From positions 1,412,911 through 1,476,910 of the forward strand of contig NW_002060944.1 of assembly GCF_000150275.1 (NCBI RefSeq): a stretch of DNA of 64,000 nucleotides, read 5' to 3'. A model generated the notes under the pieces. The model did no database searches. It was given only the letters and a program-made list of their open reading frames with translations, and was not told the origin of the DNA. The translations under genes were made by a program, and so were the position numbers. The number at the start of each line of letters is the position of its first letter. Positions within the stretch are counted from its first letter, which is position 1. Below, in pieces: positions 1 to 22,250 of this stretch. The DNA is from Trichoplax adhaerens (Eukaryota; Animalia; Placozoa).

Positions 1-2732
1 TCCGGTAAGGATGTGATATTGATTAATTCCGCGACATTAACGAATCTGGTGTCCTTATAACTATGAGAAACAACAAATTCTATTATTTGCTATTATTTCG
101 ATAGAGGTGCTGATATTACCTGAGGAGATCAAATAACCGTAATCTATGGAATTTGCTTATTCAAATTATATGCAATATCATTTAAACGTGGAGATATTGA
201 ATAAATAGACATAAATTTGATTTCCTATGGTGAGGCTTTTTTCGTCAATTTATTATCCAACTGCAGATATTCAAATAAAGTTTACGCGCACGGATTTTTA
301 ATTTTATTTATCCCTTGATTAATTATATTGTGTACATCAATCATACTGTTATTAAAATTAAAAACATGATATTATTGTATAGGGTCGAATTTAAAGGGTA
401 AGTTAAATTAAGAATAGCATTGAAGAATGAAGCGTTATACAATTGTATGAAGGGGCTTCAAATCGATTTTTAAAAATGCATCGTTGTATAATTAATTACA
501 TATATTCTTACCAGTCATTCCAAATATTTTCAATATTGATTAACAATGGATTAATGGTGAACAAATGGCTTTCAATGTACTCTTTAGCGGATATGTAATT
601 TGAATGCCAGGGAACAGGTGCTCGTATGGTTCTATTTTGGATTTTATATAAAATTTAGTATAATATTATTACCTCCCTATCAAGTTAAATTAGCACTAAT
701 TAAGTCATTAACATAAGTTAGGGTAAAGAACTTTGCACTGCTATACTATTGTTGTCCATGAATTAATCTAACATTAAATCATACTATACCTTGACGGAAA
801 AGATTTTGGAGTCCAGTGTATTTGTAGTCGTTCCCTTTCTTCATTATCTTTCAATATATAATCGACTAAAAAGTAATATAATTTGTAGTCAGAATTATAT
901 TTCTTAGCTGATACAATACCAAGCTACAATACAATAGTAACGCTATATGCTCATAGTCATGCTGGAGGCACTTATTTCTACCTACCAATGCATGTACGAA
1001 TGCTGAAGTAGTAATCGTTTAAAACTTCACTTTTAACACTATTGATAATATCTGGTGCCAACTTCTGTTGCATAAGTCTATCTGTAATTAAGTTTTCTAT
1101 ATATGTAAAATTGCTTTCTGGATATTTTGCAATGGCTCGCTGGTCGATCCCTCTATAGAGATAGTAATAGTAACGCTAAAATATGGAAAATAGGGTACAA
1201 ATTAGAGCCATATTTACGATATGCAAAATAAAAGAAAAGAAAAATTAAATAGTTTTTTTACCTCAGCATCTTTTTCAGAGGGTTCGGAACTATTTTGATA
1301 ATCTTCTGTTTGCCATCTAGTAGCTGTGATTTGCTCTTGAGGTGATAGTGGAGGGCTACTAGGTAATACCATCAGTCTTTAAAATATAATTTATCAGTGA
1401 ACAATATGGAGTATTAGTACAATCCATCGAAAAAGTAATTCTATGTGAAAATATGCTAACTCTGAATCCTTCTTCTTTTTATGTGAAAGCCCATTAGTTC
1501 GAGGGGATGAAGGAGGAATAGTTAATTTTAACGTTTGCTTATTGCGCGGTGAAGTGGATTCTAATATGAAATTTCCATTTGGTCAAGGTAAACAGTCGTA
1601 TAAGATAAATTGTACGTTTATGTTATTTACTATTTGACAGAAAGGAATTAGCGAAGTAAATATAGTAAAAGTTTGATTAGTAAAAATTAGCTGACGGATA
1701 GTTGATAAATAGAAATAGATCTTTCAATTTAGATACGATTTGTTCCACTACCATTTGAGGTAAAACGTTTTTTGGATAAATTTTGTATACGAAGATTCCG
1801 GGCGGTTGGCGTGTAATTATTACCAATACACTCTGTTGGGGTTCTATGGTACTTTTCTTCTTTAAATGGTGCTGCTTGAGTCCATGATCCGATATTTTTC
1901 ATCATCGGTGGATGCTCACCGTGTTTTTGTACAATCTAACGAAAAGTAATGTATAGCATGAAATAAGTAAATCAGTAAATAGTGACAGATTCTGTCGAAA
2001 TGTAAACGAGATTTAATAATTTTTCAAACGAAAATTTACAATGTTCTACCATCACAATAAAGTTATTACGCCATTAATTAATTAATTATTTTAGAAGCAT
2101 GGAATTACTATTGTTTTTGGTTAAGAGTTATCATATCACTCTCATTGAGTATCTCTTGTCTGTAAAAGCTATCCTCAAAGTACAGGTAATGCAATCTCCA
2201 ATTAATCACGATACTTGCCTCATACAAATCGGATTGTCTATTTTGAACAGCTGGCAATGGAGGAAGAGATGGAATTCCTCGAATGTATGAGGTATTCATC
2301 AAAGGAGATTCCGAATGCTAAGAAAATTGTACACAAGTATACGTTAAAATTAAGGTATTAAAAAATATTTTAACGTAACGATTAGAATTACGAGTGCATA
2401 GGCTTAAGATTGATTTTGAACAAATTTCAAAATTGATCTACAAGATTTCGAGTAGTACAATTATCTTCTAGGTGTGGGATGTTAAACGATATTGATAGCT
2501 TTACATAATTTATTGGTCATTTATTTGCATATGAAATCATTTGATAACCTATCTCATAAGCTCTGTAAGAATATTGCTAAGATGATAGAAAAGCGATAAA
2601 GAAATTTAACTTTCTATAAAAGATTTGATTATTTACGATTTTCTCATATTCATTTGATCATACTGCAATTTCACATCTGAGTGGAATATTAATTTTTACG
2701 ATTACTACCTTAGCACGCTCAAAAGCTGACAT
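1..2732 (-). CDS. DNAH3: Axonemal dynein heavy chain 3, 5' (N-terminal) exons; gene continues beyond window start
   Basis: Spliced minus-strand exons give MSAFERAK|HSESPLMNTSYIRGIPSLPPLPAVQNRQSDLYE..., HPPMMKNIGSWTQAAPFKEEKYHRTPTECIGNNY (~1750-1935), VDYILKDNEERERLQIHWTPKSFPSR (~790-867), IRAPVPWHSNYISAKEYIESHLFTINPLLINIENIWND (~510-630) and YKDTRFVNVAELINITSLP (1-60). These match recalled DNAH3 N-terminal motifs (SWTLAAPFKE, VDYIL..ER.RL, IRAPVPWHS). The start at 2732 is tentative. Confidence 0.85.
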
Positions 2733-3842
2733 GACCGCGTCTTTGGCTCTTTTAAAACATTTAAATGCCACGTTAATTTCATTATAGAATAAGAAAAAAT
2801 ACAAAATAAACCGTCAAAGCCGCGTTACAAACACTTTAACATTTAGTCCTTTGCTGATTAGTTCGACATAACATTTCAATTAAAGTTATCATCAAAGCAA
2901 CTAAAAGTATAAATATATAAGAGAACATTTAACGAGATACAAATCGTGAATATGTTGTATCTTAATCATCCAATACAATTAATATTAAGTAATATTTGTC
3001 TTCAGCAATACTGCTACTATAACATCACTACAGCATTTATTACACGTTAGTTTGCATCAACGAAATCGTGCAGTAATCACAGAACTATACTACTTGATGT
3101 TAATTAATCTGTAAATTATACCAATCGTTAGAAGAGGCGTTGATTACACTTGCAGTTCTTCAATTCTTTCTTATTATTTTCAGTAGGATCCAATTTTATT
3201 CTCTAAATTTTATGCGATGTATTTGCAATATAATACATTGAACAATCGATTTGACTTATTGATGGTAAATTTCCATCAAAAGATTATGACAACTAAATAA
3301 TTCAACCAAAGTTGTGATAATGTGACAAAATAGGACTTGAACTTTAATCGGTTACTCTGTACTGGTAACTGTATCTAAGAGAATCGAGCCTATGTACACA
3401 AATAGTACCAGTTCAATTATACTGGCAGCCTGGTATTATTCCATAATGGTCACAGCCTATGCATCTAGGGAGATAGTATCACCATAAGTGGTATTGCTAC
3501 TGTTATCTACAGTAGCTCATCAACATTATAAAACAGATGATTATTGTGGACAATCCATATCATTATTTAATACATCCGTAATAATAATTTAGTAGCATTT
3601 AGTGACGTTGACAGTATTAAACGTATTAGCACGACTCAAGCAGAACAATGCGTGTTAATACGCTCCACTGCCTATAATATGTTCTTGTTGTTTTTGCTTG
3701 GAATTCTATACCTACATCGGGATGGAAGTTTCCATCACGGTATAATCCCTATTAATTACAAAACGATCTGCAGCAGTAGATAATTAATGGAATATGTTAT
3801 ATGGCGGCCACTGTTGTTGCAGTGGTTTGTGTCATGACGACC

Positions 3843-3856
3843 GTTGCCGTGGTAAC
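3843..3856. promoter_or_regulatory. RFX X-box (GTTGCC-GT-GGTAAC) between divergent ciliary-type genes
   Basis: Exact fit to the X-box consensus GTNRCC-N(0-3)-RGYAAC. Lies in a locally GC-richer stretch between the DNAH3 and FBXW10 start codons. Confidence 0.7.
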
Positions 3857-5175
3857 ATTCTTAAACTAACGAATTTTGCAATAATAAGATAAAGTAGTAT
3901 AAATGATATTTAATACTACCCCATAGAATTTCATCGGATGACTAGAACGCTGTAATATGGCGTTCATGATACTTATGTTAGTCAAAATTATCACATCATC
4001 ATGCTTTTAGTGCAGTGACTATATGACAGTAGGTACTACTTTACGCTGCTTACTTCTATATGTCAGCATTCAAGACACGATTATCAATTAAAATGAAAGT
4101 TATGTTTGTACTAGAGCATGCTTTCGACATAACATACAGCATTGAGTATAGGCAACGGTCTATAATAGTACAGCATACTATACTGATCTGACGATATGAA
4201 CGAACTAGCGCGATTTAAAGTTTATAAGTACTCGCACACAGTCATTTTCTAATACATAACTTTTTGCACAGTCAATACGGCCGGAACCGAATTTAATACT
4301 ATCCTGCATAATTTAGTGCGGACAATATGTACTACCCCATAGGCAATCTAAATTATGCCTATGACATTTTAATACGAACAAAAGCATAGTAGGTTCGTCT
4401 TATTATATTAAATACATCTTGGCTAGTATAAGATCTCATCAACTTAGTTGATTGGAGAGTAACTAGTATGGATACTATACGACGCAACAGTCGTTGACCC
4501 TGGCAATAAAATATTGTCAATCATTTGAACTGAAACGCATTGTTCAATTTTCCATTGTCCATTCCTATAACAACGACCGTTATTATTGTTAAACAATAAA
4601 TTATAGTACCTGCTATATATATTTCCTGTACATGTTACTACATTCATGCCTTCCCTGTTGTACTGTAATAGTAGATTGTGATGTATGTAATTAGGCATAA
4701 AATATCATCTTACTTGAGTTAATTTATTTCTTAATTTACTAGTAGAGATTGATCCATGGTATACGTATAAGGAGACTACAAGATCTTAAGATACTATTTC
4801 TTGGATTTATAATTGATATAAAGGACGTTTTATTTCTAAAGACTCATAGGAAATTCGTTCCAATCACGGAAATCAAGTAGAAATAGCATATATTGCTGAA
4901 ATTACCGGACATACGCGTATTTATTATCCGACCAAAACAACGTATCACAAAATAACTTAGTCTAATTTGTTATTGGATTGCTTCTGAAGGCCTAGATTAA
5001 AATGCACTAACAGTATATCATTAATGATCTAGCTGAACGTAAGTTTAAACAGAGATTTTTATTTCAATTTTACAATATCATACCACTGACATCAAGATAT
5101 CTAAATATATTATTAAATTGATGATTTTCAACAGCCGTCATTTATCGTTTATGTATTCCTATAGGTCTAACGACA

Positions 5176-8100
5176 ATGCCAAATCCCACGCCATTTAGTA
5201 TAGCGAATGCACCACAATTACGTTGTACAACTAACAAGTACGATGTTACAACATGTGGCGAATGCGAAGCCTGCCGTTTAACCCAGGTTTTAAATAAAAC
5301 TAAAGAATGGTTTACACGTTGTGGCGAAGCATCGCAACGTCGTTTTACTATGGGCTTAATGAGTCGTATTGATTGTAAAACAACGTATGAAAGATTATTA
5401 ATGTTACTTACACCTTTAGTTGGAAAAGATTACACTTACACTAGATCGCGTAGTAGTCCTAGTTTAGAAATCGATTACGTTTCATCACCATCTGATCGAG
5501 CGCTTAAGAAATCTTTCGTAATTAATTGTATCAACGAAACTTGGCAATGGTTTACTTCAGCTAAAGAATGGACGCGTATAAATTTTTTGCTAAGCATCTT
5601 GCAATGGTGTGACACAAGGTTATTACACATACTTAATAGCCAATGTAAAGCTCTGCATAAGTGGAAAACTAAAGAAGGTAAGTAAAATAAATCGATATCA
5701 CTTCAAATTTTTGGTGAGAAATAGTAGTATCGGTTGACTGTAATGTTAACTCTTTACAAAAAGAAATCAGCTATGCTTTGGCAGATGTTAACTAAGTAAA
5801 TTAATGATCTTTACTTCATAGATGTTTCTCCCGAAAATAGCTTTCATAATGATGACAGTCGATCAGAGTACACTGTATCTTCTCCTCGAACTCCATCGCC
5901 TTCATCGAGGTCTGCCTTAATTGCTAAAGAAAGTAGATCAAGTACTGTTATAAGCTCGCAATTAGCCAGACCCTCTACGGCAATTTCTGTTCGATCGGAT
6001 AACAGCTCATGTATAACTGAACCAGTTCCAATTCAAACATATGGAAACTGGACTGACAATAATGATAACCGAAATCCTAAATCGTATTCTAGCTATTCTG
6101 GTAAAGAGACCAATATACCGCAATGTATCCAAGATAGCGACAATCAATATAATAATATTGAAGATTTTAGAGACGAAAATTTAGAAGAATACATAAGCGA
6201 TGATGGTCAGAGTTCTGATGAAGAAATCTCATTTCCACAATATGTTATCAACGATACATCAGGATCATGCACTTATGTTGACATGATCAAACGTCTACCT
6301 GTTCATATTTCTAAGAATATTCTAGGAATGTTGGATAGAGTCCATTTAGCTAATTGCTTATGCGTCAGTCAACATTGGCGAATTCTAGTCGAGCAGGTCC
6401 AAAATGATAATATGTTGCAACAACAAGTTTGGGAAGAAATTATGCTTATGAAGGTATGGAAGAATAGAATAAGTAATATAGCGTCCTGAGCAGTTTATAG
6501 CGAAATCATAGTACGGAAGTAGTTAGTGTTTTTAAATAAGTATAGCATGGTATCTTGTACAATATTGTGGTTAAAAGAGCGAAATCTTAAATAGTAAGTA
6601 ACGACGCTAATCAATCATCATGAGTATACGATTTATTAGACTGCAAATGATATCTTCCGTTTATTTAATCTTTAACCATTCTTAATAAAACACTGAAGCT
6701 TTTAAAAGTATTTAAAAGTATTATGATATTACAATTCAATAATTACTAATCAGTGTTTTACCAACTGTAACGAATTCATTAATGATAATATTTGTCTGTA
6801 AATATCTGATGAATTACTGTAGCTAATAGTATCGAGAAATTTAAAATCCTACAACAATTTTGACTAGCAGTTTGCTGATAGTATATTACTTTCAGATAGT
6901 GATAGCCATAATCTCTCACTCTAGCAAAAGTAGGTGAAGGCGTTTTCCATAGTTTTGTTAATTATGCTCTTATTGATAGCTAAATTATATAAAAATAAAG
7001 ATATTAAAAGTGACAGCTGTGCATAACTTTACGTACAAACAGAATACAATACCCGGTTTACTTTTTTTATTGTTAATGAACTCATTCAGATTTCTCTACA
7101 ATTTATCATTCGACCTTTTGTAGCTGCATTAATAGAAAATTTGATTTCTGACCTTTTAATATATAAATCGATCTATAGGGTTCCTCCGCTCGAGGATGCA
7201 ACATCCGTTTTGCCTCTATGACTCCCGTTCCTGTTCCCCAGGTTGTCGAAGGGACGCACCAGGTTGAATTAACCAAAGAATCAGTAAATAGCCCGAAGCA
7301 TCTCCATGATATTCGAAATTTAAGGCATGCCTATAATGGCGTTAAGACTATAGATGTTGTAATGGATGAAAGAAACATATTTTGTGATGCATATAATCTC
7401 ATTGTCGTTTCAGATCAGTAAGTCAATGTATATTTGCAAGCATGATTCACTTCAAAATTTTTGTTTATATTACGAGACTAGATGCTAATCATTATTTTAT
7501 GTTATACTTGTAAATAGATTGGATAAACATCGGATTGTCCATTTTGGTGGTGGCGAGTATATCCTAGTAGGATCAGTCGATCGTAGAATCAAATTACTCC
7601 ATGCACAGAATGGCAAATTAGTACGCGTCTTTCATGGTCATGCAGGCTCAATCAGGGCTCTCTACATGTGTGAGAAAGAGGGTTACATATTAAGTGGTAG
7701 CTATGATACTACAATTAGGTAAAAATTTTATGTACTTATGCTATATGTCTAATTGTAGTAGATAAATGGCCTAGATGATGATTACTGAATAATTTTTATG
7801 TCAAAACCCGACTTAAAACTATACAGGTGCTGGTCTCTAGCCACAGGCACATTCTTAAAGATATTTCGTGGGTAAGTTTTAATTTATTTGGCCATTGAAT
7901 TGTCTTCGTAGCAGTGTATTGCAAAATATACAGTATTTCGATAAGTAGATTTGATTTATATTCGTATTTGCATCAATTTCTTCATGAAATTAACATTACT
8001 TCCATGCTCTTAGCCATCAAGGAACAATTACTTGCCTTGATTTGCACAATAATATTCCCGTTTCTGGTGCTCGCGATAAACAAGTGAAAGGTCAGTATAG

Positions 8101-10721
8101 GATAAATAAATTATTATTTCTAATATGTTGTTTAAATCTTAATATAGAACAAAAATTTAAAGCAGAAGATGTTCTCTAATTATTGCTACGTATTGTTTTA
8201 TGGGCACTATAGTGTGGAATATATTTACCGGTCGATGTAGGCGGACTTTCAAGCATAGGCATGTCATATCTGATGTCAAGGTAAGCTAATAGTACTTGCA
8301 AATGATGCAAGTAAATTAAAAGATCGTTATACTTGTACACTTAACTCATCGTTAGCTTAGTTGTCGCCTGCTGCATATATGGATTTTGTAGTTTTGTAGT
8401 GAGATGATAGATCTATAATTATAATCCAGATTGAATTAATTTATTGATATATCTATAGATATTCGATGACACTGTTGCAAGTTGCTGCGAAGGTGGTCGA
8501 GTGAAAGTGTGGGACGTAATCAAAGGAAAATTAATTAAGGTAGAATAATACATTATGTCTTTAATTTAAAACATCGGTTAATGTTCAGGTACTATCTAGC
8601 TAATAGTGTTTCAAAAGTAATTTAAGGTACAGTATTAACGAAAACTAATTAATATTTACCTCGCTTTGCTACTCTATAAAATCTAGTCGCTAAAAGGGCA
8701 TGTCGGGCCAGTCAATTGTATCAAATTAGACAAATATCACCTTGTTAGCGGTGGATCTGATGGTTATGCTTTCTTATGGAGTGCTATTGGAAATTATAAA
8801 GGTTGTCTTGGTGCATTTCGGCATCCCAAGTGAGTGTATTGCAATGTTAAAACTACTAGAACCTTTAACATTTAAGTTAATGCTTACCGTTTTAGTATCC
8901 TCCTTGTGTATAGTCTTCATACGCATTGGTTATTAGTCTATCAATCTTATAAGCACTGTAAACAGCATGTCTATAGATAAATAATTAGTACTTAATTCGG
9001 AATAGTTATAAATACTAATTACGCTATACACACTAAGCTCCAGCGCTTTACATATTCATGATCGGTGTTAAAGTTTATTTACAGTCCTAGAACTTGATCC
9101 ATTGCAGTGTTATCGATTTTACCACAGCATAATTACCGTAGTATGCTATAACATACCGGTACTGGCTTCCATTGTAATATTATGTTCGATAGTTACAATT
9201 TTATTAACTAAATGTTTTATTTTGCAAAATAGTGCCGTCACATCGGTTGATTTTCATTACTGCCGAATTATTACCGGCTCTGAAGACGGCAAAGTAAGCA
9301 CTACGTGAAGTCTTTATAGCGTACTTTAGATCTTAACTGAAATATTAGAATTACTGAAGCAATAATAAGACTTAGTTAGCTTGATTATTCTTAATCTGAT
9401 ATCCTTTACTCCTTAGATACGTATTTGGAGTATTATTAATGGAGATTGTTTGCGCGTTATGCGAGGCAATAGCAGATCTGATCCTATATTTAATCTATTT
9501 GCCCAAGATAATAGGTAATAATCAGTGTGAATAAAAATTGAAATATCGTTCTTTTTTAATGCATATATTAGTTGTAACCATAATATAATCATGCAAAGTT
9601 TGGTTAATAATGATTGTAATGGTCATGAATCATAAATCTATAGCTGAATAAGACTCTCAATATACGCGTATATCATTTACAACTGACAGCATCGTCTAAT
9701 ACGTTATACTGTTTATCTTCATAGATTAATTACCAGTACTATGAGAAACGTCTTTAATTATACTTTTGAACCTGTGGATTGGGATTACAATGCTACAACA
9801 GCCAAGTTTAAGGTTGAAATACTTACTGTGCAGCATGACAATAAACCGGTTGAACGATTAGCACCTTCATATATCCGCGTATTAAGAAATCGAACGTTTT
9901 CAACAAATAATGATCGCGTCCATCATGATACCGTCACACCGGGCAAATATGGCTTGCACGGTAGACCATTAACAGCAAATACACTAAATCCAAAGAGTAG
10001 ACCTAATAGTAGTTGCAGTAGTGGTATATCCTTTTCATCGCGATGCGTGATACAAGATAAAGATACTACCAACCTTAAAAGACCATCGACTGCAAACGTT
10101 AGTTCTCAAGTTTATGGTACTAAAGATCGTACCTTACGACCAAGGTCCTCACCGGCTAAATTATATCGCAAGCGACAAGATCAACAAGATGATGACGACA
10201 ATATGACCTTAAATACTTGCCTATCTGCTAGGTCAGTAAGAGCTACTTCAGAGACTCAAGTTGAGACCGTAAAAACTTTCCAAAAGACAACATCCAAGCT
10301 AAGGCCATCCACAGCACCAGTTATCCGATTTGCTGATAATATCATCTCTGATATGTATGTTGAGCCGCGTATCATTGGCCGTGTTAAAAGTGCGAATGCT
10401 GCATTAGATCGCCCACAGTCTTCCAATATCAATCAAATGACCAAAATGGTTTTTAAAGTGGGACAACCATATAGCAAAGATAGCAATAGCGATAACGATA
10501 ATAATGATAGCCGCCAAATTAAGAAACATCGAACTAAAAGTGCCCATATTTTGCATTCGTCTGCATCTGTTCAGTCCATTAATATTGATAAGATTAATTC
10601 CAATAATTATTTAAATTTAAAAACTTTTGAAGAAGAGTTAGCCTATACTAAAAATTTAAAGAAATTCAACCTGGCTATTAGCAAATCGAAGAAAAAGAAT
10701 CAGTATATATCATTGGACTAA
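5176..10721 (+). CDS. FBXW10: F-box/WD40 repeat protein FBXW10/CDRT1-like, about 12 coding exons
   Basis: N-terminus NAPQLRC..CGECEAC..KTKEWF..ASQRRF..GKDYTYTRSRS..WFTSAKEWTRINFLLSILQWC matches the recalled FBXW10 N-terminus. F-box DMIKRLPVHISKNILGMLD..CLCVSQHW (~6280-6453). WD40 exons (GHAGSIRALY..SGSYDTTIR, GHVGPVNCI, TGSEDGKIRIW). Acceptor at 5164 just before the ATG implies a non-coding first exon. Stop TAA at 10721. Confidence 0.9.
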
Positions 10722-12615
10722 AGCAACGTATCAGGTATATAGAGAAGATATAATTATAGTATGATCGGAAAAGACAGTAACTTTCCTTAAGATGAATTAT
10801 GAATCTATTATTACCTATTAAATTATGAATATATAAATCGACAAAAGTTTTGTTATTCGATGACGATTTAGTCGAAATTTCGAATTAATGTTTTTTTTAC
10901 ATTATAACGTAAATAATTTATGGAATACATGAATATTTAGCTATGAGGTAATCGCTTATTAAATATTAACTTCAAAATACAATGTTTTTTTAGATTTAAC
11001 TTGTGTTTTTTATTTGGAAAATTTCACTGTAATATTTAAAGCGAAGCGTACCACGCTAAAGCAATCGGCATTTGAAATCGATGAAATTTTAGGGATGAAT
11101 ACATCTTGTGCATTTTATATTTTGTCAAAGACAAACTTAAACCCAAGTGATCCAGGACAACGTCCTAAAAAATATTTAAATAAAAGTTGTACTAAAATCG
11201 TTATTCATGGATATAGGAGCTCATTTGCACAGCCAAAAAGAAATGATGTTGTAGGGGACACTTAGTATATAGACTTTACAAAAGAGGGAGTTAGATCGCA
11301 TTTTCTACTTAATATTAATAATTTTAGTTTATCACTATTATATACAATCTGGTATTATGGCATCAACAACTGTAATACAGCAGGGGTTTTACGAATGTGA
11401 AGCTGCATATAGATGTAATATATATTAAATTTAGTGCGACACATATGTTTACTTTACATGTCCATTAAAATTAGCAAAAATTAAGATATAGCGAATGATA
11501 TGACTCATTTAGAAACTTAAGAATGAAACGATAATATACAGGGTATAGAGTACTTGAAAGCTACAATTACTAATTTTTATGGAATAACTCATTAATCGAA
11601 GAATGACATATTTAAGAGTATGATAATTTTATTGCATGTAAAACACGAACGTACATATACATATTCACGTATTAAAAACATTTTCACAAGTAATAAAATG
11701 ATCAGCTTACAAATATTGGAAGCCACTCTACCATTATGTATCCCCTTGTCACAAACTTGCGAACTACTACCCTAAACTAATAGATTACTTATTCTTATTC
11801 CGCTACACCCGGAGGTCTACTGTGTGGTAATCTTATACTACTTACCGTCACACAGGAATAAGACTGTTCTAAGAGATTAGTATAGTTTTACTAATAGAGT
11901 AGTCGAAACGCTATCTAATCACGAACTGTAGAGCTGAGCATTCGTTCCTCCTTTTATACCCTACCACAAAACTTGTGGTTCACGCATAGTAATTTAGCAA
12001 TATAACATTTACATGAACCGTGGTTCGTAAAGGGAAACAACCCTCAATAAACTATATAGTTTACTATAGATGCAATTAGTAAACAACTTTAATTGGCAAT
12101 AACTAATAAATAGCCAATTAAACGAACGAGGCTCAGCACGCTACTCGCACATTACTCGCAATTCGCGGCGGGTGCTAAGGTGACGCCAATATTAGTATCT
12201 ATAAAGATTATACCAATTAATTTCACAACACGCTTACATCCTGGTTGTCTAGCAAAACTATACACGATTAATATTCATAATTACTGTTTACTGTATTGTT
12301 ATTAGCTACATGGCGAAATCTGCTTAATTAACATGTACGGTGGTTTGCTCCGTAACACCGCTGCAAATATTTGTATATAATAACAAAATACAAGAAACCA
12401 TTCTCAGTTTGGCATAAGGTTAAAAACTTCTTTAACGATAAGCCTTATATTTGCTAAAATCGAAAACGGATGATCGTTATCAAGTGCTACTATGCACGAT
12501 GTCTTTCATAAATGGCAGATACATTAAATTTTAGTTTCCTCTACCTCCTTCAGATGATAACGACTAAGATACTAATTTCAGCTGATTAGTAATTAATCAT
12601 TACATCCCTAAGCAG

Positions 12616-21442
<8,827 letters not shown>

Positions 21443-21796
21443 CTTTAGAAAATTGCAATGGAGATGAGTCGGTCTAATGAATACTATGGGCTGGCCAAGT
21501 GTGAACAGTACCGCCTTTTAGCTACCTAGTCATCCGTGGACGTTGGGCGGTGGACACAGGACCTGGCAGTCTACCATGCTTTACTATAGCCTTTCAACCT
21601 CTATCCTACACAATACAATCAGTATGGAAATAGAGACCCGGGATTTTCAAATGTGTTTTCTACCGTTCAGAGCTTTACGCTGTGTACTGTGGGCTACAGT
21701 ACTATGCATCGTACACTGTACCGTAATGCACTGTGCGTACCGCAGGTACACTGGTACAGTACTGACTGTACTGTACGGTCGTGTGTCAACCACAGT

Positions 21797-22250
21797 ACAG
21801 TACAACGTACTGTAGAAAAACGCCAGAATTTACAGTATACAGTATAAGTATTTTTGATTTGAAGTGCTACTATGAGTAGCTTTAACACATTTAATGTACT
21901 GTAAATTTGAATTACATATTCACATACAGCATCTTATTTCCAATCAAACAATACCAAATTTGTCTAATAGGGACTTCAAACTACAGTATAATTTCATACG
22001 TGCGTACAGTACAGTACGTGCGTACCATAGCTACTCGAGACCCTACAGTAGTACTGTACAGTACTGTATACAGTACAACGTATTGTAGAAAAATGCCAGA
22101 ATTTATATAGTATTTTGACTCGAAATGCTAATAGCAGTAGCTGTAACACATTTAATGTAACTTTAAATTACATATTCACATAAAACGTCTTATTTCTAAT
22201 CAAATAATACCAAATTTGTCTAATAAGGACTTAAAACTATAATTTCATAT
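21797..22250. repeat. Local direct duplication of ~180-200 bp (copy 1 ~21797-21998, copy 2 ~22070-22250) in the TBCD / TBCD-like divergent promoter
   Basis: Both copies run cagtacaacgta(c/t)tgtagaaaaa(c/t)gccagaattta...aataccaaatttgtctaata(g/a)ggactt(c/a)aaacta...taatttcata. Copy 1 carries four extra 5-bp CAGTA/CTGTA inserts. Confidence 0.9.

Noticed and set aside
3300-4700. GC-richer stretch and ORF 4444-4698 as a possible pseudogene
   Set aside because: Stops in the frames examined and no recognisable family; better explained as promoter and 5' UTR/intron of DNAH3 and FBXW10.
9399-9408. ATATCCTTT resembling a U12-type 5' splice site
   Set aside because: Lies in the polypyrimidine tract of an ordinary GT-AG intron, not at an exon end.
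11014-11265. 83-aa ORF between convergent FBXW10 and TBCD 3' ends
   Set aside because: Non-ATG start, no motifs, AT-rich UTR/intergenic context.
11760-11782. ctaccctaaactaa as a telomerase RNA template
   Set aside because: Not a permutation of the CCCTAA repeat with an alignment region; no supporting structure identified.
21543-22110. Cluster of overlapping 60-90 aa ORFs rich in T/V/L/Y/S/C
   Set aside because: Translation artefacts of CAGTA/CTGTA pentamer arrays in a promoter; no protein features.
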